Positions 8,574 to 17,473 of a stretch of DNA of 29,656 bases are shown one piece after another. Both the position numbers and the translations under genes were made by a program. The DNA comes from a virus (lineage: Duplodnaviria > Caudoviricetes): the IMG/VR virus record IMGVR_UViG_3300026825_000021, positions 1 to 29,656 of that record, one strand, 5' to 3'. Under the pieces are notes generated by a model that was not told the DNA's origin, did not search any database, and was given only the letters and a program-made list of their open reading frames with translations. The stretch's first letter is position 1. Each line of letters opens with the position of its first letter.

Positions 8574-9017
8574 TCAGCAGCCTGGAAACGAGAATACGAA
8601 GCGGAGGCGCCGGCGCCACCACGGCGTGAGCGAGACCTCCGCGACTGCGTGGCGTTCGTAGGAATGCACCATGCGATCGGGCTCGGTCAGGATCGCGCAG
8701 TGCTTGGCCGGCGCGCGCTCGTTGAGCGCAAAGATCAATACGTCGCCGGGCAGCATGCAGCTCGGCGACGACCAGCGCAGGTGGCGCGCGGCCGCCTCGG
8801 CGAGCGTTTCGCGGCCGCCGGCTTCCGCCCAGTCGCGCGAATAGGGTGGGATCGCCTCCGGCTCCTCGCCATGGAGCGCGCGCCACACGCCGCGCACGAG
8901 GCCGAGGCAGTCGCAGCCAAAACCCTTGACGCTTGCCTGATGGTGGTAGGGCGTGCCGATCCAGCTCCGCGCCTCGGCGACGATGCGAGCGCGGTCAACC
9001 GAGTTTACCCCCGTCAT
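8574..9017 (-). CDS. NlpC/P60 phage cell-wall peptidase (RcGTA g14-like)
   Basis: ARSWIGTPYHHQAS..GCDCLGLVRGVWR, PGDVLIF and AKHCAIL. Confidence 0.92.
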   Translation of the reverse strand: MTGVNSVDRARIVAEARSWIGTPYHHQASVKGFGCDCLGLVRGVWRALHGEEPEAIPPYSRDWAEAGGRETLAEAAARHLRWSSPSCMLPGDVLIFALNERAPAKHCAILTEPDRMVHSYERHAVAEVSLTPWWRRRLRFVFSFPGC

Positions 9018-9882
9018 TGTCGCTCCCTTGCGTCGGATAGGAGAGGACGAAGTCGTTGCCGGGGATGTGCGGAAAGCCGCCGAAGTTGAGGACGTTGTCG
9101 AAGCGGTTGCGGCAGGTCTCGAAACTCTTGTCGCAGCCCGCGGTGATCGAGAACGTGTCGCCGGCTGTGATCGGCTCGGGCGCCGGCAGGAACAGCGAGA
9201 TACGCGCGACGCTGCCCGCGGAGGCGTGCGCCTTCACTTCGACCGCAAGGCCCGTGTTGGCGCCGGACGTCCAGGTGAGCTTTCCGCGGGAGAAGACCCC
9301 GGCCGCGAAGCTGTCGAGGCCGGTCGCGGTGAAGTCGAAGGCATCGAAAGCTTGCGCGACCGTTCCGGTGCCATGGTGCGCCGGCGCGTCGAGATTGACC
9401 CCGCAGCGCGCGTCGCCGAGCTCCCACGGACAAGTGCGCTGAAAGACCCGGCCGGCAGCTTGGTCGAGACGAGAAGCAAGTCCGCGCAGTTCGGCCTTGA
9501 AGGCAACATCTCCGCGTTCGACCTGCCCAAGAAAGCCCTTGCGCAGCACCACGCGTTCGTCCGGGTCCGCCCAGTTGACCAGGAACACGGTCACCTCGGC
9601 ATCGTCGTAACGCCCCGCATGGATATCCGTTTCCGTGATTGCGGTCGAGCTCAGTGCGCCATCGACATCGAGATTGGAGACAGCCAAGCCCAACTGATCC
9701 TCGATTGCCGACGCTGCGAAGCCGGTGGCCGCCTGATAGGTGACACCGTCGAAGACGATATCGCGGTCATGATCCGTGAAGCCCATGACCGTGCCGTCCT
9801 TGCGCGCAAGCCGCCAGCATCGACACAAGGTCGTGACCCCACCGGCAAGATGAGCAGCAAGGCCGGAGGAAAGCGCTTTCAT
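8995..9882 (-). CDS. DUF2163 baseplate hub protein (RcGTA g13-like)
   Basis: TTLCRCWRLARKDG..GFTDHDRD, GRYDDAEV, C..LGDARC and GCDKSFETCRNRFDNVLNFGGFPHIPG. Confidence 0.92.
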   Translation of the reverse strand: MKALSSGLAAHLAGGVTTLCRCWRLARKDGTVMGFTDHDRDIVFDGVTYQAATGFAASAIEDQLGLAVSNLDVDGALSSTAITETDIHAGRYDDAEVTVFLVNWADPDERVVLRKGFLGQVERGDVAFKAELRGLASRLDQAAGRVFQRTCPWELGDARCGVNLDAPAHHGTGTVAQAFDAFDFTATGLDSFAAGVFSRGKLTWTSGANTGLAVEVKAHASAGSVARISLFLPAPEPITAGDTFSITAGCDKSFETCRNRFDNVLNFGGFPHIPGNDFVLSYPTQGSDNDGGKLG

Positions 9883-10469
9883 TCGCGTACTTCCACGAGA
9901 TCAATCTGCGAGACGACCTGCTGGTCCCAGGCATTGTCTTGAATCGGCAGGTGGTCGGTGTCGAAGCGCACCGGCACGTCGAACTCGAACGACGCGTTCG
10001 GCGCCGCCGAGGGTGGCGAGGCGCAGGTGACCCGGCCAGTGAGGTGGTCGATGTCGGCAGGCGTGACGGGCGTGCCGTTCACCTCGATCGTCACGGTGCC
10101 GGGCACGGGCTTGGTGATGGTCCGGACGTGCTCGAAGCCGGCGATGGTGTAGCGCTTGACGAGCTGCCACACGGTTGGGCTGACCTCGACCATTGGCACG
10201 TCGGAGGCCTGATAGTCGTTCCAGTCGCGGAACCGGAACGAGTAGCCGCGCCCCTTCACGATGTGGAAGAACGCGATGACTTCGAGCATCTGCGCGCGGG
10301 TGCGGATGCCCGTCGAGATGTTCCACCGCCCGCGTGCGTTCGCCCAGAGCACATTGCGCTGCTCGGCGCCGGAGGCGAGCGTGACGACATTGGTCGAGAA
10401 CGTCGGCCCTCCAGTCGCCCCGCGCGCAACGAATGGCGGGAACGCAATATCGAGAAACGGTTGTGGCAT
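9879..10469 (-). CDS. DUF2460/TIGR02217 distal tail protein (RcGTA g12-like)
   Basis: GATGGPTFSTNVVTLASGAEQRN..W, FF..KGRGYSFRFRDWND and FEFDVPVRFDTD. ATGA overlap with the hub gene. Confidence 0.92.
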   Translation of the reverse strand: MPQPFLDIAFPPFVARGATGGPTFSTNVVTLASGAEQRNVLWANARGRWNISTGIRTRAQMLEVIAFFHIVKGRGYSFRFRDWNDYQASDVPMVEVSPTVWQLVKRYTIAGFEHVRTITKPVPGTVTIEVNGTPVTPADIDHLTGRVTCASPPSAAPNASFEFDVPVRFDTDHLPIQDNAWDQQVVSQIDLVEVRE

Positions 10470-10474
10470 GCCCT

Positions 10475-13144
10475 TTACATTCCACGCATGCCGAGCCGCA
10501 CAGCACGCGCAAGATCGGCTGCGACCTGGGTGCGGCTTGCCTGGAACGCGGCCGGGCTCGGCGTCTGGATCGTGACGTTGACGACCGGCATGCCCATGCC
10601 GCCGCCGCGCTCGTAACGGCGCGCCTCATCGCGCGAGAGCACGCGCTCGCCGCGCTGCAGGATCGCCGGCACCTCGTCGGGCTTGAGGAACACCCCGTCG
10701 TGAAACCGCGGCGCGCGGGCAAAGGCCGCGGCCGGCGCGAGCGCCGGCGCGCCGGCAAGACCGACGACACCACCGTCGTGAAACCTGAATGCCTTGAATA
10801 GATCGCCGATCAAGCCACCCGCGCCTTCCAAGGTCGGCACATTGGTGCCGAAGAGCAAGTTCTTGAGCGGATTGATCAGCGCGAGCTTGATGATCTCCTT
10901 GTTGATGTCGATGATCGCGGCGCGCGCGGCGTCGGCCCAGGACTTCCAGTCGAGCTTGCTCTGCGCCAACAGGTCGGCAAACCGGTTCATCGAGGTTTCG
11001 AAGACGCCCTGCCAGCCCTGCATCAGCTCCCGCGCGCGGTCGAGCTCAGCGTTGAGCGCGGCCTGGCGTTCGGCATTGGCGAGGATCAGTTGCCCTTCGG
11101 CGTTCGCTACCGAAATCCCCTGCCGGCGCAGGTCCTGTTCGGCCCGGAGCCGGGCGATGTACTTGTCCTTTTCTTCAACGCTTCGGCCGACGAAGTTTAT
11201 CTCCGCCTGCGTCTGCTCGATCGCGAATTGCTGATCGCGCGCGTAGTCACGGACGAACCGGGACGCTTCCGCGAGCACGCGGTTGCGGGCCTGGGCGATG
11301 GCGAGCGTCTGCTGCTCGGGCGTGATCGCCTGGCCGATCAGCTCAATGCGTGTCCGCTCGGCTTCGAGCGCCGCCTTTTGCGCCGGCGTCGTCGCGTTGA
11401 TGAGCGCGATCTCGATCTGTTGCAGGCGGAGCTTTCGCTCGAACGGATCGAGGAAGCGCGCATTCGCGCCCCGGTAACTTTCGAGCGCCTGTGTGACACG
11501 GCGATAGGCATCCTCGACATCGCGCAGGTTGCCGACATGCTTTGCCGCGAGCGGGTCTTCGAGCAGGCGCCCGAGCGATCCGCGGACGGCCTCGAGGTGC
11601 CTGATCGTCTCCGTGCCGGGGACGATATCGCGCACGGCCTCGCCGACCCGGAGCGACAGCTCACGCGCTTCCGCCTCGATACGGCCAAGGTCGGCCTGCC
11701 GGCGCGCCTCGGCGATTCTGGCGCGCAATTCGTCGGCCTGCCGCCGAAGCTCATTCAGCACCCGCGTCGGCGCGCCACCGCCGCGCGAGAGCGCCGCGAT
11801 CCGGCGTTCTATGGCCGCAAGCTGCTCTTCCGCCGTACCGCCACCGGTCGCGCGATCGACGGCGCGGCCGAGCGCGTCGAAGGCATTCGACGCCGCGCGC
11901 TTGACCGCATCCCAGGCGCGACCGAGCGCGGAGGTGGCCTGCTCGGTATTGGCGAGACTGCCGCGCATGGCCTCGAGCAGGACGCGCTGCGCGGCGGTGC
12001 GGTCGTTCTGCTCGACGAGCCGACGAATGTACTGCCGGGTACGGTCGTCGAGAAATCCGAGCTGATTGTTGAGCGTCTCGGCGCCGCGCGCCGGGTCGGC
12101 GAACGCCTGCGCGAGCTGCTTGACGGCATCGCCGAGGTCTGCGTTGACCGTCGTGGCGTAGTCCTTGGCGATTCCGATCAGATCGCCGAAGAGCTCCTTG
12201 CCGATCCTGCCGGTGCGCGCCAGTTCCGCCGCCATCTCGCGCGCGGCCGCAACCGACACCCTGCCGGCCGCCGCACCTGCCTCGGCAATCCGGTTGATGT
12301 CGCCAACCGTCGCGCCGGCGATCCGTCCCGCGCCGGCGAGCGCGATCATCACGTTGCGCTGGCTCTCGAACCAGGCGTTCCAGGCGGCCGCGGCGCCGAT
12401 GGCGATCGCCGCAATCGCGCCGCCCGCGAGCCGCGCGGGGGTGAGGATCGACGCGAGCGCCGAACCGAGGCTTCTCATGGCGCCGGTCAAGCCAACCGGG
12501 CCAACGATCTGGGAGATCTGCGAGCCCTGCTGGATCAGCACCATCCATGCGGGAAGGCCGGATGCAAGGGAAACGGCAACGTCCTGCAACTGATATGACA
12601 GGTTGGCCAGCTGATAGGACGTCAACCGCGATTGACCACCCACCGCGCCGAGCGCTTTCGCGGTTGCCTCGAACCGCGCCCGCGCGAGCGCATGCGCCGC
12701 GGCCTGCTCCTTGGCGCTGATTGCGCCCGCCTTGAAGAGCGCGTCGGCCTCGCCAAGCTCGGCATTGAGCTTCTTCTGTGCGGCGCCGAGCGGATCGATC
12801 TGCGTGCGCAGCGCCTCGGTTCGCCGTTCGAGGTTTTCTGCCGCTTTGGCGGCTTCCTCGAAGACCGCCGCCGATTCGCGCGCCGACTTCGGTGGCTCGG
12901 CCCGGACGCCGAGAATCTGATTGAAGCCGCGCTGCGCCTGTTCGGCGGCCGCGGCCTGCTTTGCCACCTGCACCAACCGCTGCAGGCGCTGCGTCTCGCG
13001 GTCGGTGGCGGCGCCCGCTGCGTCCATCGCGGAGGCGATGCCACGAAACGCGGCGGTCCCGCTCGTCGCGACCTCGTCGAAGGCGCGCTTGACCTCCGCC
13101 TTGCCCTCGATGTTGAGGCGGATCGAAACCTGCGTGGTGGCCAT
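10475..13144 (-). CDS. Tail tape measure protein
   Basis: 889 aa, Ala-rich and helical. Lambda-type motif QLANLSYQLQDVAVSLASG..VLIQQGSQI and C-terminal FHDGG..DEVPAILQRGERVL. Lies between the chaperones and the distal tail gene. Confidence 0.92.
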   Translation of the reverse strand: MATTQVSIRLNIEGKAEVKRAFDEVATSGTAAFRGIASAMDAAGAATDRETQRLQRLVQVAKQAAAAEQAQRGFNQILGVRAEPPKSARESAAVFEEAAKAAENLERRTEALRTQIDPLGAAQKKLNAELGEADALFKAGAISAKEQAAAHALARARFEATAKALGAVGGQSRLTSYQLANLSYQLQDVAVSLASGLPAWMVLIQQGSQISQIVGPVGLTGAMRSLGSALASILTPARLAGGAIAAIAIGAAAAWNAWFESQRNVMIALAGAGRIAGATVGDINRIAEAGAAAGRVSVAAAREMAAELARTGRIGKELFGDLIGIAKDYATTVNADLGDAVKQLAQAFADPARGAETLNNQLGFLDDRTRQYIRRLVEQNDRTAAQRVLLEAMRGSLANTEQATSALGRAWDAVKRAASNAFDALGRAVDRATGGGTAEEQLAAIERRIAALSRGGGAPTRVLNELRRQADELRARIAEARRQADLGRIEAEARELSLRVGEAVRDIVPGTETIRHLEAVRGSLGRLLEDPLAAKHVGNLRDVEDAYRRVTQALESYRGANARFLDPFERKLRLQQIEIALINATTPAQKAALEAERTRIELIGQAITPEQQTLAIAQARNRVLAEASRFVRDYARDQQFAIEQTQAEINFVGRSVEEKDKYIARLRAEQDLRRQGISVANAEGQLILANAERQAALNAELDRARELMQGWQGVFETSMNRFADLLAQSKLDWKSWADAARAAIIDINKEIIKLALINPLKNLLFGTNVPTLEGAGGLIGDLFKAFRFHDGGVVGLAGAPALAPAAAFARAPRFHDGVFLKPDEVPAILQRGERVLSRDEARRYERGGGMGMPVVNVTIQTPSPAAFQASRTQVAADLARAVRLGMRGM

Positions 13145-13356
13145 GATGCGTCAGGTTCGGTCGAGGCTAGAGAGCGCTGGCGGCTGAGGGCACACGGTCG
13201 ATGGGCGGCAAGCGGCACCTGCCAACGCGAAACAGTCAGTGCTCTGCGAAAGCTTCACTTGACGAGGCCGTCGGCGGCACGCCCCTGTCCGACCTTGCCT
13301 CCCTACGTCCCAAAACGCAGCATAGGCTACCTGTTTCGTTCCTGAGACCGTCGCCC

Positions 13357-13878
13357 ATGGCCGATGCCGCCGAAATGATCGAAAGATGCGATGGCTGTGG
13401 CCTCGCCGTGCCGAGCGGCGCGCGCGGTTGCGAGGCGATCCTGCACGGTCTGTCGGCTCGCGATTTCGAGGATCTGCGCTATTTCCGCGTGCACCGGCTG
13501 ATGATCGATGCCTACTGCCTGCAGCACCCGGACCGATACTGCCGCTCCGCGAAGTCGCTCGCCGCCCATTTGGTAAGCCTGTGCCTCATCCTCGAACATG
13601 GCGCAGACGCTGCGAGCGGAAGCCGTTGTCTGCAACGCCTGCTCGACGGTGCACCGCAGTTGGAGCGGCCCGCTGTGCCTGCCTTCCGCGGCGCACTCAC
13701 CATCGCCGACGTGCGCGATGCCGACAGCCCGGACGCTTATGCGCAAGCTGTGCGCTCCTGGGCGGAGGCGGTCTGGCGCGCCTATGCGACGCTGCATCCT
13801 TTCGCCCACGATTGGGTCGAGCGCACCTTGCGTGCACCGTCCGCGCGCAGCGGGCGGACGGTTCGATCCGGAAAGTGA
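13357..13878 (+). CDS. DUF5946-like hypothetical protein (moron)
   Basis: CxxC N-terminus, HRLMIDAYCLQHP..SLAAHLVSLCLILEHG, GALTIADV and VRSWAEAVW. Likely start is ATG 13357 rather than 13201. Antisense to the phage operon. Confidence 0.7.
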   Translation: MADAAEMIERCDGCGLAVPSGARGCEAILHGLSARDFEDLRYFRVHRLMIDAYCLQHPDRYCRSAKSLAAHLVSLCLILEHGADAASGSRCLQRLLDGAPQLERPAVPAFRGALTIADVRDADSPDAYAQAVRSWAEAVWRAYATLHPFAHDWVERTLRAPSARSGRTVRSGK

Positions 13879-14113
13879 ATGCGATGATGGCGGCCTGCTC
13901 CAGCCGGGTTGCTCCGCATTGGCATCAGCGGGTCAATCGGGATCCGGCAAGATCGCGCTCAGGAAGCGGCGTACAAGCGCCTCCGCGATCTCTACAACAT
14001 CCTTGTCATCGCTCGTGACATTTGGACGGCGGCGACCGTGATTGCGGTGATCGTCAAGGCCATGCGACGATCATCTCCTGTCGTCAATCGAAGAGCAGCC
14101 CTTGGCGCACGCC

Positions 14114-14463
14114 ATGATGACCATCGAATTGCAGATACTTGCGCTGAGCATCGTGCTCGGTTTCGTGCATATCGTTCTCGCCTCGCACGCAAAAAGCTGG
14201 CGGTGAGGCTATCGCTGGACTGCAAGTGCGCGGGACGAGCCGCGGCAAACTTTGGTGAGACATTCCCGTTCCTCGCAGCCGCCGTGCTGGTGGCGCACGC
14301 CACGGGGCGACATAATGCTCTGACGTTCTGGCGTGCGCAGCTCTACTTCTGGGCGCGGGTGGTCTACTTGCCCCTTTACGCTTTCGGTATACCACTGGTC
14401 CGCTCGCTCATCTGGAATGTCTCCGAGGCCGGCATCGCACTGCTATTGATCGCGCTCCTTTAG
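14114..14463 (+). pseudogene. MAPEG family membrane protein, pseudogene
   Basis: From ATG 14114 it reads MMTIELQILALSIVLGFVHIVLASHAKSWR*GYRWTASARDEP, with an in-frame TGA at 14204-14206. It then switches frame near 14240 into NFGETFPFLAAAVL..AQLYFWARVVYLPLYAFGIPLVRSLIW, the MAPEG C-terminal half. The usual linker between ARDE and NFxET appears deleted. Confidence 0.85.
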
Positions 14464-14766
14464 ACTGGAGTACGCCCGCACGACGATGGGCTCGATCTCT
14501 GCTAGCACCTCGACGAGCAACGGATTGAGCGCGCCCATGGCATGCGCCAGCATGAGCACCGCGCCGAAATCGAGCGCATAGACTCCGCCCGCCGCGGCGC
14601 GGACCTGACCCGAGCAACGCCGGATCGCCTCCCAGGCCGCGACGCCATCGGGCGTGCGCGGGGCGTTGAGGACGTAAGGACATTTCGCGCATGTCGTGGG
14701 ACATGCGGCGCAGTAGCCGGCGCCCCCGCCGAAATGCCATTCGGCGAGGACGATCAGGCGTTTTTT
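14443..14766 (-). CDS. Tail assembly chaperone frameshift extension (gpT part of a gpGT-like fusion)
   Basis: Open -1 frame KRLIVLAEWHFGGGAGYCAACPTTCAKCPY..ALDFGAVL.. with no suitable start of its own. Entered at the slippery site at the end of the chaperone gene. Confidence 0.8.
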   Translation of the reverse strand, partial: KKRLIVLAEWHFGGGAGYCAACPTTCAKCPYVLNAPRTPDGVAAWEAIRRCSGQVRAAAGGVYALDFGAVLMLAHAMGALNPLLVEVLAEIEPIVVRAYSSLKERDQ

Positions 14767-15107
14767 TCTTCGACCTGCAGCAGGACCGGCGCGACGTAGA
14801 GCCGGTCGATCGCGTCGAACACTGGCCAGCATTCGAGCGCCGCGTCGATCGCCTCCGTCGAAGGCGTGATCGGGTTGCCGTCCTTGTCCCCGATGCCTTT
14901 CCATTCGACGATGCCGAACCGCGCAAGCGCGCGCGTGAAGGCAAAGCTCGCCCGCGTCTCCGCATCCTCGCCGCCCTTGCGCAGCACCTCGGCGGCCGCC
15001 GCGCGTGCGGCAAGAATCGCGGCAACCGTCACCGGCCGCAGCTTGAGGCGCACGCCCGGCATCACGTCGAGCCAGAACGGCTCGCGATCGATGGAAAGCT
15101 TGAGCAT
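14754..15107 (-). CDS. Tail assembly chaperone (gpG-like)
   Basis: 117 aa following the tail tube gene. IVEWKGIGDKDGNPI motif; ends in EEKNA*. Confidence 0.82.
   Translation of the reverse strand: MLKLSIDREPFWLDVMPGVRLKLRPVTVAAILAARAAAAEVLRKGGEDAETRASFAFTRALARFGIVEWKGIGDKDGNPITPSTEAIDAALECWPVFDAIDRLYVAPVLLQVEEKNA
14760..14766 (-). other. Programmed -1 ribosomal frameshift heptamer A-AAA-AAC
   Basis: The minus strand reads GAA GAA AAA AAC GCC TGA, an X-XXY-YYZ heptamer one codon before the stop. The -1 frame stays open for about 105 codons, and the position between tail tube and tape measure is canonical. Confidence 0.85.
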
Positions 15108-15114
15108 CGTTGCC

Positions 15115-16053
15115 TCAATAGGTCGGCACGTCGTTGACGAGTACCGCGGTCATGGTCTTGTTGAGCGCCGGGTCCCTGGCGGCCTGGAAGGCGAAGGTCG
15201 CTTGCACGCCGCCCGGGCCGCTGACCGGCAGCTTCGGTCGCGGCAGATAGACCTCATGCAGCGTGAACAGAAGCGAGCGGTCGGGATCGATCTCCCAGCC
15301 AAAGGACAATTCGCAGGCCGTGCCGTCGATCGCCTGATCGAGCAGCGTCGTATTGGCGAATCGCACGACCACATTGCCGGTCGCCGCCACCATCGCGGGC
15401 TCTGCGTCCTCGATCCGGCCGTCGGGGCGGATCGTCTCCACCTTGTCGAGATTGTTGGAATAAGAAAGCTCCGCCGACACGACATTGCCGAGCGCAACAC
15501 CGTTGCGATTGATCGCGCCCAACCCTTGCGAGAAGCGCTCGATCGCAGCCTCCGACGGCGTGCCGGCGCCGGAGGAGGCGGATCGCGTCTCGCCCTGCGC
15601 GATCAGGCCCATGGTCGCGTTGAGAAGCCCCGAGCGCTGCATCTGAATGTTCATGGAATTCGCGCGGGCGCCGAAATTCATGCCGTAGCTCGGCACGTCG
15701 GGGAGCCCGATCTCGATCGCCATCGACGGCAGCGCGAGCGCGCCCGAGACGAAGGTGTGGATGTACGGACCGGTCCCTGTCGTAATGGGCGCGCCGAGCA
15801 GAAGCTTGAGCCAGTAGCCGAAGTTGCGCAGGTCGACCGGCACCACCACCTCGCCCTCGTTGTTGGCGACATCCTTGCTCGGCGGCAAGGGTTCGCGGCC
15901 GAGCCCGAGCAGATCGCTTTCGATCAGGTTCTGCTCCTCGCCGAGCGCCGAGGAGACAAACGGGAGCTTGAAGTAGCCGCCTGCAGGCGGCGTGCCATAG
16001 GTGGTTTCGAACGCCGCGGCCATGATGGCGTTGGCGCCCCTTGCGCGTGCCAT
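15115..16053 (-). CDS. Tail tube (major tail) protein
   Basis: MARARGANA..AFETTYGTPP, LGEEQNLIESDLLGLGREP, VVVPVDLRNFGYWLKLLLG and VYLPRPKLPVSGPGGVQATF. GGAGG RBS. Confidence 0.88.
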   Translation of the reverse strand: MARARGANAIMAAAFETTYGTPPAGGYFKLPFVSSALGEEQNLIESDLLGLGREPLPPSKDVANNEGEVVVPVDLRNFGYWLKLLLGAPITTGTGPYIHTFVSGALALPSMAIEIGLPDVPSYGMNFGARANSMNIQMQRSGLLNATMGLIAQGETRSASSGAGTPSEAAIERFSQGLGAINRNGVALGNVVSAELSYSNNLDKVETIRPDGRIEDAEPAMVAATGNVVVRFANTTLLDQAIDGTACELSFGWEIDPDRSLLFTLHEVYLPRPKLPVSGPGGVQATFAFQAARDPALNKTMTAVLVNDVPTY

Positions 16054-16078
16054 GGAATACCTCCCGAATTGACAGGAA

Positions 16079-16510
16079 TCAGTTCAGCGGATCGGGCGTG
16101 CCGTAACTGGCGATGAGCGCGGCGTCGGCCCATCGAACCGGTTGTGCGCCCGAGGCTTCGATATCGGCTGTGGCCGGCGCCTCGGCCTCGAAGAAGTCGC
16201 AGAGACCACCGAGCGTGCGGTCGGCGGCAACCGCCGCGCCGATCGCCGCGAGCATCGCATCGAGCGCGTCTTCGCGCGGTTGCGTGCCGCTCTCGCGCGC
16301 GGCGACCTCGAGCGGGATGCGATGCGTATAAAGATACGTCAACGGCGAGAGCATCACCTCGGGCTCGCCCGGATCGCCGTCGCGCACGATGACGAGCCCG
16401 CCCGGCGGGATGCGCTCGGGCTTTGCCGCGTTGCGCTCGACCTTCGCCGCCGGCAGCGCTGTCACGACCATCGCAACGACGGCCTCGATCACCTGCTCGC
16501 GCTTGCTCAC
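16079..16510 (-). CDS. Putative tail terminator (gpU-like)
   Basis: 143 aa with GTG start. PERIPPGGLVIVRDGDPGEPE..LSP..Y.H and ADRTLGGLCD. Directly upstream of the tail tube gene; function inferred from position. Confidence 0.7.
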   Translation of the reverse strand: MSKREQVIEAVVAMVVTALPAAKVERNAAKPERIPPGGLVIVRDGDPGEPEVMLSPLTYLYTHRIPLEVAARESGTQPREDALDAMLAAIGAAVAADRTLGGLCDFFEAEAPATADIEASGAQPVRWADAALIASYGTPDPLN

Positions 16511-16517
16511 GGCAGCG

Positions 16518-17150
16518 TCATCTCCAATGGCTTGCGATCAGGCCCGGCACGCGGGCGGCCCAGCGGGTGGCGGTCACCTCGATGTCGAGGCGTTTTCGGA
16601 GCGTCACCTGTGGAACGAGAAGGAAGATGATGGCTGTTACTTGACCACGCCCACTCTTGCTTCGGCTTTTGGCTGCGAGGCCCCGCCTCGTCATGCGTGC
16701 TTCGTCGGCCACGAGCAGCGACGGCCGCCCGCGACGATAGACGAAACGCAGCCGCATGCCGGTGCGCCGTTCCCAACCGCCCGGCGTGATCCGCTTGCGC
16801 GCGCCGGTCGGGTTGAGGCCAGTCTTGCCCGCCGCCGGCGTCGGGATGGCGAGCCAGAACCCATGACGCGAGCGGATCGTCACGCCACGGTCGAAGGCAT
16901 CGACGATGTTCGGCGCCTTCGACCACACGAAGGCAGCCGCTTCGATGCTCGCCCCGCTCTCGGGGAAAGTCTTGCCGCGCCAGGTGTTAGCAAGACGCTG
17001 GCCAAGGCCCGCATCGACCACGTCGGCGCGCAGATCAGCCTTGAGGCCTTCCGACACCGCGCGCATGGCGCGGGTGACCGAGCGCGCCGCGTCGCCTTCC
17101 GCCTCGCTCAGCCCCTTGGCGAGGTCGTCAGTCTTGAGCGTGAAGCGCAT
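16518..17150 (-). CDS. DUF6441-like putative tail completion protein
   Basis: True start MRFTLKTDD at 17150, 2 nt after the previous stop. AGLGQRLANTWR, FDRGVTIRS..GFWLAIPT, WERRTGMRLRFVYR and IFLLVPQVTLRKRLD. Confidence 0.78.
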   Translation of the reverse strand: MRFTLKTDDLAKGLSEAEGDAARSVTRAMRAVSEGLKADLRADVVDAGLGQRLANTWRGKTFPESGASIEAAAFVWSKAPNIVDAFDRGVTIRSRHGFWLAIPTPAAGKTGLNPTGARKRITPGGWERRTGMRLRFVYRRGRPSLLVADEARMTRRGLAAKSRSKSGRGQVTAIIFLLVPQVTLRKRLDIEVTATRWAARVPGLIASHWR

Positions 17151-17152
17151 GA

Positions 17153-17473
17153 TTACGCCGCAGCCGCAGCCTCGCAGGTCCAGATCAGCCGCACGCTGTC
17201 GATGATCGGGGCGGCGATGACTTCGAAGGTCTCGCCGTCGATCTCGACCGTGTCGCCGCTCGCAGGTTCGGCGACCTCCGAGCGGCGCACATCTACCAGG
17301 AGCGTCGGCAGCACTGCACGGCTGTCGCCGAAGCCGACCACCTGGTCCGGGCGTCGCCTGACGACACGGACGGCAATGCCCGCGCCCACGCCGCCCGCGC
17401 GCCAGATGGCATCCGTTGCGATGTTCGGGTCGGCGAACAGTGCGTCGGTCGCAACCGCAAACGCGTCCATCAC
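17153..17473 (-). CDS. Head-tail joining / head closure protein
   Basis: 106 aa after the major capsid gene. DALFADPNIA and DVRRSEVAEPASGDTVEIDGETF. Start is GTG 17473 or ATG 17470. Confidence 0.75.
   Translation of the reverse strand: MMDAFAVATDALFADPNIATDAIWRAGGVGAGIAVRVVRRRPDQVVGFGDSRAVLPTLLVDVRRSEVAEPASGDTVEIDGETFEVIAAPIIDSVRLIWTCEAAAAA

Noticed and set aside
6282-9089. 935-aa plus-strand ORF, and similar long ORFs at 11090-12598, 21021-22949, 22576-24735 and 28256-29623
   Set aside because: Antisense shadows of well-supported high-GC phage genes. They have Arg/Gly/Ala-rich composition and no recognisable motifs.
4629-10469. Calling the region a gene transfer agent
   Set aside because: The lambda-type head genes, long tape measure, methylases and morons indicate a prophage.
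13150-13180. Weak similarity (ALSSLDRT* vs AYSSLKERDQ*) between the two edges of the insert, as a possible target duplication
   Set aside because: Only about 10 of 15 nt match, which is compatible with chance.
13880-14110. Possible gene remnant on the minus strand (..DVVEIAEALVRRFLSAILPDPD*) with an AGGAG nearby
   Set aside because: Too short, with no consistent start or frame. It cannot be assigned without a tBLASTx search.
13909-14463. 184-aa ORF as an intact membrane protein
   Set aside because: Only the C-terminal part is MAPEG-like. The real N-terminus is in another frame and contains a stop.
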